From Mobula hypostoma (Eukaryota): DNA of 64,000 nt. Where the stretch lies: assembly GCF_963921235.1 (NCBI RefSeq), contig NC_086107.1:109618001-109682000 (forward strand), given 5' to 3'. The stretch's first letter is position 1. Each line of letters starts with the position of its first letter. Of the stretch, positions 1-11,819 are shown piece after piece. Position numbers and translations under genes: made by a program. The notes under the pieces are model-generated. The model did not search any database and was not told where the DNA came from. It worked only from the letters and a program-made list of their open reading frames with translations.

Positions 1-109
1 GAAAGAGTGATACAATGGTGTTATTGTCGTCAAATACATCGAGAATCAGTGGAATGCCATTCCATACCACCCAAACACAAGCATCCAAGGACAGACCACT
101 CCAAAGACA

Positions 110-650
110 AGTGTATCACAAGACATGGGAGAAGAATTAGGCCACTTGGCCCAACAGGTCTGCTCCACCATTCGATCATGGCTGATTTATTATCCTTCTT
201 GACCCCGATCTCCCCATAAACTTTGACACCCCTGATTAACCAAGAACCTATCAACCTCCATTTTAAATATACTCAATGACCCGGTCTCCACAGCCGTCTG
301 TGGCAAATAATTCCACAAATTCACCACGCTCTGGCTAAAGAATTTCCTCCTCGTCCCTGTTCTAAGAGGGGTGGGCCACTTTTCTGAGGCTGTGTCCTCT
401 GGTCCTGGACTCCCCCACTATAGGAAACATCCTCTCCACATCCACTCCATCCAGGCCTTTCAAGTTTCGATAGGTTTTCGTGAGAACCAGCCCCCACCCC
501 ACACCTGTTCTTCTAAACTCCAGCAAGCACAGGCCCAGAGCCAATAGAACACGCCTCGTACATTAACCCTTTCATTCCCAGGATCATTCTTGTCAACCCC
601 CTCTGGACCCTCTCCAATGCCAGCGGATCCTTTCTTAGGTAAAGGGCTAA
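110..650 (-). mobile_element. CR1 LINE 3' fragment (similar pieces at 2625-3010, 4955-5120, 5490-5740, 26555-26900, 29670-30985, 36364-36590, 55575-55750)
   Basis: Translates to CR1 ORF2 C-terminal motifs (MFPIVGESRTRGHSLR, RNFF..RV.NLW), similar to the long copy at 49597-53930. Confidence 0.8.
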
Positions 651-1150
651 AATAAAAGGACCCGCCACCCAGGCCATTCTCTCTTCTCGCTGCTGCCATC
701 AGGAAGATGGCACAAGAGCCTCAGGACTTGCACCACCAGGTTCAGGATCAGTTATTACCCCTCAACCATTAGGGTCCTGAACCAGAGGGGATAACCTCAT
801 CATTAAAATGTTCCCACAACCTACGTACTTACTTTCAAGGATTCTTCATCCCATGTTCTCGATATTTATTTCTTTCTTTTTGTATTTGCAGAGTCTCCTG
901 TCTTTTGCAGACTGGGTGAATGCTCAGTTGATGTGGTCTTTCATTGATTCTATTATGGACTTACTGAGTATGCCCGCAAGAACAAAAATCACAGGGCTGT
1001 ATATGGTGACATGTATGCACTTCGAATTTTTTGAAATGCATACTCCAAATTCTCGCTCCTCTCAAAATTAATACTAAAATTGCATTTGCCTTCCTGACCA
1101 CCAACTCAACCTGCAAGCTAACGTTTAGGGAATCCTGCAGGCGGACTCCC

Positions 1151-1722
1151 AACACGCACAGAATGCTGGTGGAACGCAGCAGGCTAGGCAGCATCTATAG
1201 GAAGAGGTACAGTTGAGATGAAGCTATACTCAGGTTGAAGGAACAGCACCTCATATTCCGTCTGGGTAGCCTCCAACCTGATGGCATGAACATTGACTTC
1301 TCTAACTTCCGTTAATGCCCCTCCTCCCCTTCTTACCCCATCCCTAATTTATTATTTATTTTCTCTCTCTTTCCCTCTCGCAATAACTCCTTGCCTGTTC
1401 TCCATCTTCTTCTGGTGCTCCCCTCCCCCTTTCTTTCTTCCAAGGCCTTCCGTCCCATAATACTCCCCCTTCTCCAGCCTTGTATCCCAGCTCTTGGCTC
1501 CATCCCTCCCCCTCCTGTCTTCTCCTATCATTTCAGATCTCCCTCTCACCCTCCCACTTTCAAATCTCTTACTATCTCCTTTCAGTTAGCCCTGACGAAG
1601 AGCCTCGGCCCGAAACGTCGACTGTACCTCTCCCCATCGATGCTGCCTGGCCTGCTGTGTTCCACCAGCATTTTGTGTGTGTCTTGCTTGAATTTCCAGC
1701 ATCTGCAGATTTCCTCGTGTTT
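1151..1722 (+). mobile_element. Penelope-like element 3' fragment with inverted terminal segment and hammerhead motif
   Basis: 1217-1315 encodes DEAILRLKEQHLIFRLGSLQPDGMNIDFSNFR*, a PLE-type ORF C-terminus. A pyrimidine-rich 3' UTR follows, then CTGACGA..GAAACGTC at 1592-1619. 1151-1216 is an inverted copy of 1618-1682. GGACTCCCA occurs on both flanks, inside a CR1 fragment. Confidence 0.75.
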
Positions 1723-3194
1723 GAGGACTCCCAGGGCCATTTGCGCCTCTGAATTTGCTCCCCATTTAGAAAATAGTCTGCACTTTTATTCCCTACCAAA
1801 GTGCATGACCGCGAACTTCCCTACACAGTATTCCATCGGCCACTTCTTTGTCTTTTCTCCAAACCTGCCCAATATTGAGGAAGTATGAAAGGACAGAGCA
1901 TAATGCAGAATGGAGCGTTACAATTTTAGAGAAAGCACGGGACAGGTAGACGATAAGGTGCAAGGGCCGCAATGAGATAGACCGAGGGTTCACCTTTAAT
2001 AGAGGAGGTCCATTAAAGAATCTGATAAGGAAATCAGAATGCTTGGTGGTCACAGGAACCACACACCAGATTAAGGAGCCACGGCTGATGCAGGGGTTTT
2101 GGGCTCAAATCGCCCGTAGGTGCAACACTCAACCTGCGACGGGGGTCCGCACTCAGCTCAGGCAGAAATACGAGATGCCGGCCGCACTGGACAGCTGCCC
2201 TGTGGTCTCAGCCTCAGGGCATGAACAAACCCGGGACTTCCGGGGGGAGGAAGGTCACACTGGGCTGCCGTGCACCATCGAATGGCCGCTCACTGCCCGA
2301 CCCACGTTCGCTGGACGGCTCGTTTTGTCGTTTTGTTGGGTCACGTTGCCTCCTTGAGGGCTCAGCAGTGGGAAAGGTGACCAACCCCAAACTTCAGGGC
2401 AACAACACTTCAGAGGACCTATCCTGAGCCTAATAGATTCATGCACTGGTGAAGTACATGAAGTTCTAGCTGTACTTCATTGGGAGCTTGAGGAGATTTG
2501 GCACGCCATCATAGACTAGCAAATGTCTACAGATGTACCATAGACAGCATTCTGACTGGTTACATTTCAGCCTGGTGTGGAGGTTGCACTGCACAGGATT
2601 GAAAAGGGCAATCAGTAAGGCAATACCGTAAGATACAGGGGCAGAATTAGGCCATTTGGCCCATCGAGTCCGCTCCGCCATTTCATCATGGTTAGTCCAA
2701 TTTTCCTCTCAGCCCCAGTCTCCAGCCTTCTCCCCGTATCCCTTCATGCCCAGACCAATCAAGAATATATCAACCTGGCGTCACCTCCACGGCTGCCTGT
2801 GGCAAAAAAATTCCACAGATTCTCCACTCTCTGGAGAAAGAAATTCCTCCTCATCTCCGTTCTAAAAGGACGCCCCCCTATTCTGAGGCTGCGCCCTCTG
2901 GTCTTAGACTCTCCCAACAGAGGAAACATCCTCTCTACACCCACTCTATCGAGGCCCTTCACCATTCGATAGGTTTCAATGACGTCTACCCCTCATCCTT
3001 CCGAATTCTAGTGACACCTCAAGAAGGCGACCCTCACCATCCAGGACACACCCTCTGCTCATTCCCACCATCGGGGAGGAGGTACGGGAGCCTGAAGATG
3101 CACAAAATCCCAACCCCTGTTCGTTCCCCTCCACAGATGCTGCCTGACCTGTTGAGTTCCTCCAGCGTTTTGTGTGTGCTGCTCAAGTTAGAGA

Positions 3195-3826
3195 GCAGAA
3201 GATGGCGGGAGGAGAAGATGGCAACGCGGCGCAGCTCTCCGGTGAAATGGTATCATATCGTATTTGTAAGTAGGATGCCGTGCACAATTCTGATTTGATG
3301 GAGGCAGACGTGAGAAAGCACAGAGGAACTTCTGGAGAAATTCCTGAAATGCCCGGTTTGCTGCCGCTGCTACTGTGCAATCGAGAATCTCCGGAGGGAA
3401 GGCCCCAAAATCCCCGGCTTTGCCTGCTGCTGGCAACCGAGGCTGGGGTCGAAGCGTTCGGCAGAGATGGTGCTCGGTGCTCGGTGTCGGAGGCTCGAAG
3501 TTTTCCGACCACTCAGAGTCGGACTGTGGTCGGGCATGGCAGGATGAGTTTTCTTCCTTCTCCCGTCTGCGTGAGATCTGGGACTTTCGAGAGACTTCGA
3601 ACCTTTTTTTTACTGTGCCCAAGGCTTGTTCTTCATCAAGTTATGGTATTGTTGCACTGTTGTAACTATATCTTATAATTGTGTGGTTTTTGTTAGTTTT
3701 TCAGTCTTGGTCTGTCCTGTTTCAGTGATATCACACCGGAGGAATATTGTATCATTTCTTAATGCATGCATTACTAAATGACAATAAAAGAGGACTGCAT
3801 GTCCTCATATTCTAATCTAATCTAAA
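3195..3826 (+). mobile_element. ~630-bp non-autonomous retroposon without tRNA head (copy 1)
   Basis: Colinear with 30018-30682 (-) and 55760-56372 (+). Starts AAGATGGCG and ends AATAAA plus (TCTAA)n tail. No conserved ORF. Confidence 0.75.
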
Positions 3827-5144
3827 TGGGGTTTAAAAGATGCAAACACATTAGGCCAGGGGTGGGGGGGGGGGGAGAACACAGTGAAGAAGCAAGGGGT
3901 AAAAGGTCAAGGTTAATGGTACCGGAACTAAACTGAAATCCTGGTGAAGAGAGAAAAGCCAAGGTTAAAGGTCAGCATTTTCTGGTTTATTTCAGGTTTC
4001 TTGCATCTGCAGCTTTCTTCGTTAGGATTCCTGAGTTTAACTCACTGTGCCTCACTCCCCCACCCCCATCAGAGAAGCCCACCTCAAACCACCGCCCCTC
4101 CCTCTGCCACCATTTCCGCTTTCCTTCTTTTGATTGTTCTCCCTCGTCGACTCACACAAGGTACTTTCACCCGCTTCTGCTGCAACTACAAACACACTTT
4201 AACCTCCAGTTTCCGCCCCCCGCCCCCCCCCACAACCAACCCAATGCTGGCGGAGGGGCCCCTAGACCCAGTTTGGTTCTCCACAGCTGCCAGTGAGTTC
4301 CTCCAGCACCTTGCGCATGCTGCTCTAGATTTCCAGCATCTGCAGAATCTCCTGTTTATAAAGGTGTGATATTCTGCAGATGTTGGGAATCTAGACCAAC
4401 ACACACACACACACGTCAGGCAGCATATACAGAGGGGAAAAAACAGCCATTTCACAGTCCTGATAAAGTGTCCCAACCTGAAACATCGACTGTTTACTCC
4501 CCTCCATAGATGCTGCCTGGCTTACTGAGTTCCTCCAACATTTTGCTGAAGGGGAAAGAGAAGAGGGATTTAACCAATTGGATTGGTCTTCTGAGGAGCT
4601 AGCAGGGACTCAATGGGCCAAATGGCCTTTACTTGCATCACACAATTCAATGAGGAACTATTATTACAAGTTCACTTCTTTGAAAGAGGAAAACAAACAG
4701 CAAGTCAAAGGGGAAACAGGCACTTTGCTAATCAGGGTTGGGCATGAATGGGACTGAACAATATCGGAATGAAAAGGATTACTGTGAGCCTTCTGCCACA
4801 CAGCCCAGTCTCCTCCACGTTCCACGCAGACGGCTAAGCTCCAATTGTCAACAACCCACTTGTGCTCGGCGTTAACCTCTGACCTTCTCATTTAGTCAGA
4901 AACAAACAGTTATCCCTGTGAATTACCCTGCCAAATCCTGGCTCTAAATCCTAAATCGATTGCTGGGTATACTTAAAGCAGAGGTTGAGTGGTTCTTGAT
5001 TCGTAAGGTGGGGGGAGGGGGTGGGAAGGGAGGCGGCTGGAGAACTGGGGCTGAGAGGTAAAGTAAACCGGCCTTGATCGAACAATGGTCTAAATGGCCT
5101 AGCTCTGCTCCTGTCTTAAAACAACACAAAGATCGTCTTCTTGG

Positions 5145-5435
5145 TGGGCAGCGCAGTCACTTTACAGCCCCACTAATCGGGTGGTTCGATTCCCGCCGCT
5201 GCCTGTAAGGATTTTGTACGTTCTCCCGACAGGCGGGTTTCCTCCGGGTGCTCCAGTTTCGTCCCACGTTCCAAAAACGTATGGGTTAGGGTTCGCAAGC
5301 TGTGGGCTTGCTACGGTGCTGCTGGAAGCACGGCGACATTTGCGGGCTGCCCCCAGCATACCCTCGGCTGTTGATGCAAAACGACTCATTTCCTTATAGG
5401 TTTTGGTGCAGATGTGACAACTAAAGCCAATCCTA
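5145..5435 (+). mobile_element. tRNA-derived V-SINE-like element (relatives at 17020-17265, 32500-33360, 46225-46450, 54950-55220)
   Basis: B box GGTTCGATTCC followed by a V-domain-like GGGTTTCCTCCGGGTGCTCCAGTTTC..CCCAC. Multiple dispersed copies. Confidence 0.65.
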
Positions 5436-5743
5436 AAACCTTATTCTTCTTTGTGCAGGCCACAGAAGGTGAGGGTGGTAGCCCACCAGTACGTCACTGC
5501 CTCTCTTCATTCAACTCTCAGAATAAACCGAGGTGCCTCCTGTCCTGTCCCAGGACCCTATCTATCCTAACGTCTCTTAGGCGTTCCAGCATATCCTCCT
5601 TCTCAACCTCAACACATTCCAGCACATTAGCCTGTTGTACACCGACCTCACCAAGGCCCCTCTCACTGGTGAATACTGAAACAAAGATTCCAGTAAGGAC
5701 CTCCCTTGCGTCCTCCAGCTCATGTTTCCTTTTATCCATGGCG

Positions 5744-6042
5744 TTGGCGTGTGGCCAAGTGGTTAAGGCGTTCGTCTAGTGATTTGAAGGTCACTAGTTC
5801 GAGCCTTGGCTGAGGCAGCGTGTGTCCTTGAGCAAGGCACTTAACCACACGTTGCTCTGCGATGACACTGGTGCCAAGCTGTATGGGTCCTAATGCCCTT
5901 CCCTTGGACAACATCGGTGGCGTGGAGAGGGGAGACGCAGCAGGGGCAACTGCCGGTCTTCCATACAACCTTGCCCAGGCCTGCGCCCTGGAAACCTTCC
6001 AAGGCGCAAATGCATGGTCTCATGAGACTAACGGATGACTAT
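5744..6042 (+). mobile_element. tRNA-derived SINE with CORE-like segment (second copy 38617-38893)
   Basis: A box TGGCCAAGTGG, B box AGTTCGAGCC, then GTGTCCTTGAGCAAGGCACTTAACC. Near-identical second copy. Confidence 0.75.
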
Positions 6043-6527
6043 ATCCATGATCAGTTCTACCCTCACTCCAGTCCACATAAGTGTAGAACACCTTGGGGTT
6101 TTCCTTAACCCTACTCACCAAGACCTTCTCAGGTCTCCTTCTAGCCCTGTGTCCACTCCTGAGCTCATTTTTGGCTACTTTACAACTCTCAAAGGACTGC
6201 CTGATCTTTGCTTGAAGATACAGGAGCCTCAGGGCTCACCCCTCCAGGTTCTGGAATTATTAACACTCTTGAACCAAAGGGGATAACTTCACTTGCCCCA
6301 TCACTGAAATGTTCCCATATCCAATGGACTCACTTTCAAGGACTCTTGTTATCATGTTTTTGATATTTATTGCTTATTTATCTATTATTATTATTATTTC
6401 TTTTTGTGTTTCTGCAGCTGGTTGTCTTTTGCATATTGGTTGGGTGCAGTATTTCATTGATTCGATTGTGTTGCTGTGAATGCCCGCAAGAAAATAAATC
6501 TCAAGATTACACATGTGCGTTGATCAC

Positions 6528-6733
6528 GGCCAGTGGCGTAGTGGCATCCACACCAGACCTCCAGGCGAGTCGTTCCGGGTTCGAGCCCATCCGGCCCCTT
6601 GCACGCATTCCATCTGCGTTGGGTTGAGTATCAAGCGAACAACTTGACCTCGTTAAAAAACAGACAAAGTTGCTGAAGAAACGGTAAGGTTGCCGCCCGA
6701 TGTGCCACAAAGCGCGAAGAGGAACAACAACAA
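6528..6733 (+). mobile_element. tRNA-derived SINE (related copy 57193-57397)
   Basis: A box TGGCGTAGTGG, B box GGTTCGAGCCC, (CAA)n tail. Confidence 0.7.
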
Positions 6734-7177
6734 TGTACTTTGATGATAAATTTACTTTGAACTTTCTACAGAGACAAAAAACTTTTTTTTTAAAGTTATT
6801 TTCCTCACTAGCCGCCGACTGGCTGACATTGTTGTTCTGCAAGTTAATAACAATCTCTGCCAACAAAGCCAAATCCACTAGGAGCCCTTAATTGCACTGC
6901 GGGGCTGATTTACAATTAGTTCAGAGCCAGACCCATCTTCAATCAACTATTACACTCGACTTATGATAACAGTTAAGATACCACCCACTCCCTCTTCCTA
7001 ACTAGGTGCTTAGCCGTCTTGTTTGTTAGGCGAGGTTATTAAAATATTTGCTTTCCCACCCAAGTGAGACCTTTGAACCCAGGTGCTGGACACCTGCCAG
7101 GCTGGTAAAGGGCCAGATCCTGAAAAGGGTCAAAGGTCACAACCAGAGCAAACCCTGCCCTGGAGTGAGTATGTATG

Positions 7178-7209
<32 letters not shown>

Positions 7210-8254
7210 GTTATCACTCACGGAAAAAGAGAGACAGAAAAACAGGAAATGCAGTGGTTTTTTTTAAAAAAAGTGAGACAAAAAAACTTGCTGCTGTTTA
7301 CGGGTGGGGACCAATCCTTTACAAGAGATTTTCCCGCAGGCTTGCCAGAGTACATGTTCTGCAGCACCGGGAGCTTGAAAGATTTGGCCATGCGGAGAGA
7401 CCCCGCCCAAGGTTTAAAACCTGCCCGTTCTCGCTCACCGGGTTCGGGGCCCATCTGCTTTCAATCGCGCTGTCGCTTCCAGCCCCGGGGGCAGACAGCT
7501 GCGCCGGCGGCCAGCCACTTCCCCGAGCGCTCCATTCGCCCGAGACGTCGGCAATCCAAGCCTGTCCCCACAGGAAGCAATTGTTCAAGCTGGGCTCTGC
7601 TTAAAAAGGCGCTCCGTGAACCACTTTGCATGCTGCTTCAGTACAGCAAGGGACATCTCTAGGACAGAAGCCAATGTCCGGCAAACAGAGGTGACCCAAA
7701 GCCTGGAGAAATACCCTCCGCTTGCCCGGACAATTGAGGTTCTGTCACTCCAAAGAATAAACTGCACAGACTGAGAAAATTCAGCTCCATCATGGGTGCT
7801 AGCCTGGTAGTATCCAAGACATCTTCAAGGAGCGGTGCCTCAGAAAAGGTGGTGTCCATCATTAATGACCTCCATCACCCAGGACATGCCTTGTTCTCAC
7901 TGTTACCATCAGAACGGAGGTACAGGAGTCTGAAGGCACACACTCAGTGATTCAGGAACAGCTTCTTCCCCTCTGCCATCCGATTTCTAAATGAACACTG
8001 AACCCATGAACCCTACCTCACTATTTTCTTGTACTACTTTAACTATTGAATATACATATGCTGTAATTGAACTTTTTAAAATGTATTTATCATGCATTGT
8101 ACTGTACTGTTGCCGCAAGGTTAACAAATTTCCCGATGTATGCCAGTGATGGTAAACCCAATTCTGATTCAAGAGAAGGGCAGCCTCACCAATCTCCTGA
8201 AACACTTACTCCTCCTTCAGAACTGTAGTGTACAATCTACAAAATGGGCTGCTC

Positions 8255-8727
8255 CGGAAGGAATTCACAAATCTATGACCTTCACTGTTCGAGGTGCAAG
8301 GGCAGGAGGCAGACCAGATCACTTCTGCCCCACAGGTCGCCCTCCAGGTCACACAGACACCCTTCTTGGTGGCTGGGTCGAAGACCTGGAACTCTTCTCC
8401 CCACCCTCCCTACCTGGAGCCACTTCACCAGAAGGAAGGCGACTGTACGAGGCAGCACCCGACCGACACCCTCAAGGGAAATTGGGAACGGGCGCTTCGG
8501 CAGGGCCGACTGTCTGCTCCCCTTTCAGGGATCCCTTCGTGCCCGGCTGTCCTTGGAGAGGGAGCACGCTGTCACGATGTGTACAGTGTGGGGGAATTCC
8601 AGGAACAGTGCGTCACCCAGGGAACTGACTATTCAATAATTACAATCAATTATGACTTGAGCTTGTTAACTGCCTTGTAAATACTTGATGTTTATATTTT
8701 GTATAAATAAACCTTTGTTAAAAAAAG
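8255..8727 (+). mobile_element. L1/Tx1-type LINE 3' end remnant
   Basis: Decayed peptide CLLPFQGSLRARLSLEREHAV resembles Tx1 ORF2 C-termini. Followed by AATAAA (~8706) and an A-run. Confidence 0.5.
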
Positions 8728-10878
8728 TTCTTTTTTTTGCGCAATTAATTTTATATATACACACTGAAATTCAGGGGTTTTTCCCCCTATTATTATGTAT
8801 TGCATTGTACTGCTGCCACAAGATTCACAACATACGCCGGTGATGTTAAACCCGATCCGGATTCGGGTGTGTCTTTTCAGCAATGCTCAAACCCCAAAGG
8901 ATGAATTAGTGGATTTTTAAAAGGAACGACAGAGCCCAGACAGCTGAAGACACAGGCAGTCAACATCAGAAGAACACGGTAAACCGCGGATGCAGGATGT
9001 CGGGGACCTGAGGTCATTGAGAGAACACTCAGCAAAGACGAAAGCCCTTCGGCCTAAATGGTCACCTCAGACCAATACACCCACCCTCGCTAGTCCCATT
9101 TGGCCTACATCCTCTAAACCCAGCCCAGGGTCCATGGGCCCCTCCGTTAATGAGAGGGGTCCATGACATATAAAAAAAAAGGTTGGGAGCCCCTACTCCA
9201 TGGACCAATCCAAATAGCTTTTAAGTATCTCTGAGGATCTGACCTTGACCCAGCATTTCGATGCAGCTACAAAGGAGGCACGACAGCAGCTATATTTCAT
9301 TAGGAGCTTGAGGAGATTTGGTACGTCACCAAAGACACTCGCAAATGTCTACAGATGTTCTGTGGAGAGCATCCGAACTGACTGCATCACTGTCTGGCAC
9401 AGGGTCAAAGTAAGCTGCAGAGAGTTGTAAAATTAGTCAGCTCCACCATGGACACTAGCCTCCACAGTATCTTCAAGGGACAATGCCTCAAAAAGGGGGC
9501 GTCCATCATTAAGGACCCCCATCACCCCAGCCATGCCCTGTTCTCATTGCTACCATCAGGGAGGAGGTACAGGAGCCTGAAGGCACACACTCAATGATTC
9601 AGGGCCAGCTTCTTCCCCTCTGCCATCCGAGAATAAATATAAACGTACACACATTCCATTTAAAACATCTAAACCCAGTATATTTACCTAAACCTGTAAT
9701 TCTTGATTCCCCCAGCCCAGGTGAAAGACTGCACGCCTCCACCCACCCTGTCTACATCCTGATACACTTTGGAACCAAAACCACAAAACAAAACTGCAAT
9801 AGCTAGAAATCCAGAACAAAAATCAGACCCAAATCAGTTTAATATCACCCGCTCATGTCCTGAAATTTGTTGTCTTTGCAACAGCAGTACAATGAAATAT
9901 ATAATAATAGAAAAAAAACTGGATTACAGTAAGTATATATATTAAAGAGTAAGTTAGATAAGTAGTGCAAAAATATAAAAAAAATCTAGTGAGGTACTGT
10001 TCTTGGGTTCAATGTCCATTCAGAAATTGGATGTTAGGGGGAAGAAGCTATTCCTGAATCATTGAGTGTGTGTCTTCGGGCTCCTGCACCTCCTCCCTGA
10101 TGGAGAACAGGGCATGACCTGGGTGATGGGGGTCCTCAATAATGGACGCCGCCTTTTTGAGACATCACCTCAAAACAGAGGATAACGGGGACTCAAAATT
10201 CCGAGGAAAGGTCACCGACCCAACACACTGACTGCGCTTCTCTCCCCAGGGGTAACCTGGCCCGCTGAGTACTTCGGGCAGGTTCAGTTGTTTGAGAAGT
10301 TTCTCAACTGGTTAACACTTAGCCTGGGGGTACAAGAGTTCACCGGTACATCCTCAAGTTTCGGCAAACTCTTATTAGAACATTACCTTTAAATTTCATC
10401 CTCCCTCTCCAACACACCCAGCCTCATTCCACCTACAACAGCCCGAATATACAAAAAATTCGTCCAACCTCCCCAGTCTGAAATACTATTTCACTTTAAA
10501 TTAAATAATCTTTTGAATGGGTGCGAATAAAAGACTACGTTAAAGTTAGGGCCAGTGGAAGGCCTCTTTAAGAACGTTTAAAGTTCTCTTACACAAGGCG
10601 TTAGAAAACACCACCGCACGCAACGACTTCTACAAGCTGCAGCGACGGATAAAGTGCCTTTTTAAAAATAAATTTTAGAAAGGAAGTGAATTTGAAATGT
10701 TTGTGAAAGCCGATAGTTCCATTAAACTTCATTCCAAGAGTAGTCGTAACGCAAAAGATCCGCTCAGTCCCAGAAGAAAACTTTACAAAACTTTTCAAAA
10801 CTTTATCCAAACTTTCTGGTTTTTTTCACACCCCCCCCCCCACCCACCCCTTTTGCGCCTGTCCGCACACAAAGTTAC

Positions 10879-10977
10879 CTGGATGAACTGAATAGTAAGA
10901 GCACTCTTGCCTACACCGCCGCCTCCGACCACCACCAGTTTGTATTTCTCCTGAGGACCACCGTCTTTATTGCTCAT
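10879..10977 (-). CDS. RRAS: R-Ras family small GTPase, coding exon 1 (RRAS or RRAS2)
   Basis: [33 protein letters not shown] contains the R-Ras/TC21 GGGGVGKS P-loop. It ends at a phase-0 donor CAG|GTAACT, where R-Ras-family exon 1 ends. Exon 2 was not found in 1-10878, so it probably lies outside the window. RRAS versus RRAS2 is unresolved. Confidence 0.85.
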
Positions 10978-11230
10978 TATCCCGGCACACGAAAGCCAAG
11001 TTAGGGGAAGCGGGGCAGAGCGAAGCCGGGACACCGGGGCCGCTGCTTCTGGGGTTGGGCTCAAACACAAACTCCGACGTCCCCTGCCATATGCAAATGC
11101 GATGCTAATTCATACATAAATATTAATCGCGACGCAAACCTCGTTTGCTCTCAGCCTGGCGCTTCCCTTATTTGGTGAGCTTCTCAAGCGTCCCGCCGGA
11201 GACCATGAGGTTCCCGTGGGGTCCTAAAGC
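10978..11230 (-). promoter_or_regulatory. CpG-rich 5'UTR/promoter of the R-Ras gene
   Basis: Repeat-free and CpG-dense. Octamer ATGCAAAT 11091-11098, ATGCTAAT 11102-11109, CArG box CCTTATTTGG 11166-11175. Confidence 0.6.
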
Positions 11231-11819
11231 CACTCTCGCACAATTTCAATTGTAGTTCAGCTCTTGTGGTTACTGGTTCTTGATGGCGAGTAATACTTGA
11301 GCCGGGCATTCAAGTAAAACAAAACAGACCATCTGGTCATCGTATCGTGCTGAAAATTAGGGGGGAAAAAACTGCAGATGCTGTAAGTCTGAAATAAAGT
11401 AGAAAATTCTGCAAACACTCAGCAGATCCGACTGCCTCTGTAGAGAGAGGAGAGTGTACCCGGGCTTGAGACTTTAGCTGTTTCCCTTTCAACAGTAGCC
11501 GAATTTTCCAGAATTTTCTGTTTCGTTATCTTTGAATTACTGTTCACGTTCTTAAAGGACTTAAATATTAACTTTTTTTTGTTATGTACATCGAAACATA
11601 CAGTTCATCATTCGTGTCAAGTCAAGTCAGTGAGGTTTGTGCAGGGCTGCCCGCAAGGGTAAAATATCACCTGTATATGTTGTGAAATTTGTTATATCTG
11701 CGGCAGTGGTACAATGTACTACATAATAGTAGGAAAAAAACGTAAATGATGGTATGTGTATATATAAAATAGTTAAATTAAATAAGTGGTGCTAAAATAG
11801 AAATAAAAAAGTAGTGAGG

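Noticed and set aside
5744..5820. tRNA gene
   Set aside because: A/B boxes run into a SINE body repeated at 38617, with no clean cloverleaf or terminator.
7048..7662. 204-aa and 173-aa plus-strand ORFs
   Set aside because: They cross a (CA)n tract and homopolymers and show no recognisable domain.
8591..8600. Perfect NF-kB site GGGGAATTCC
   Set aside because: A single motif inside a Tx1 remnant, with no supporting context.
10795..11070. 91-aa ORF as the full Ras-like protein
   Set aside because: It starts at a non-ATG codon and reads through the splice donor; only 10879-10977 is coding.
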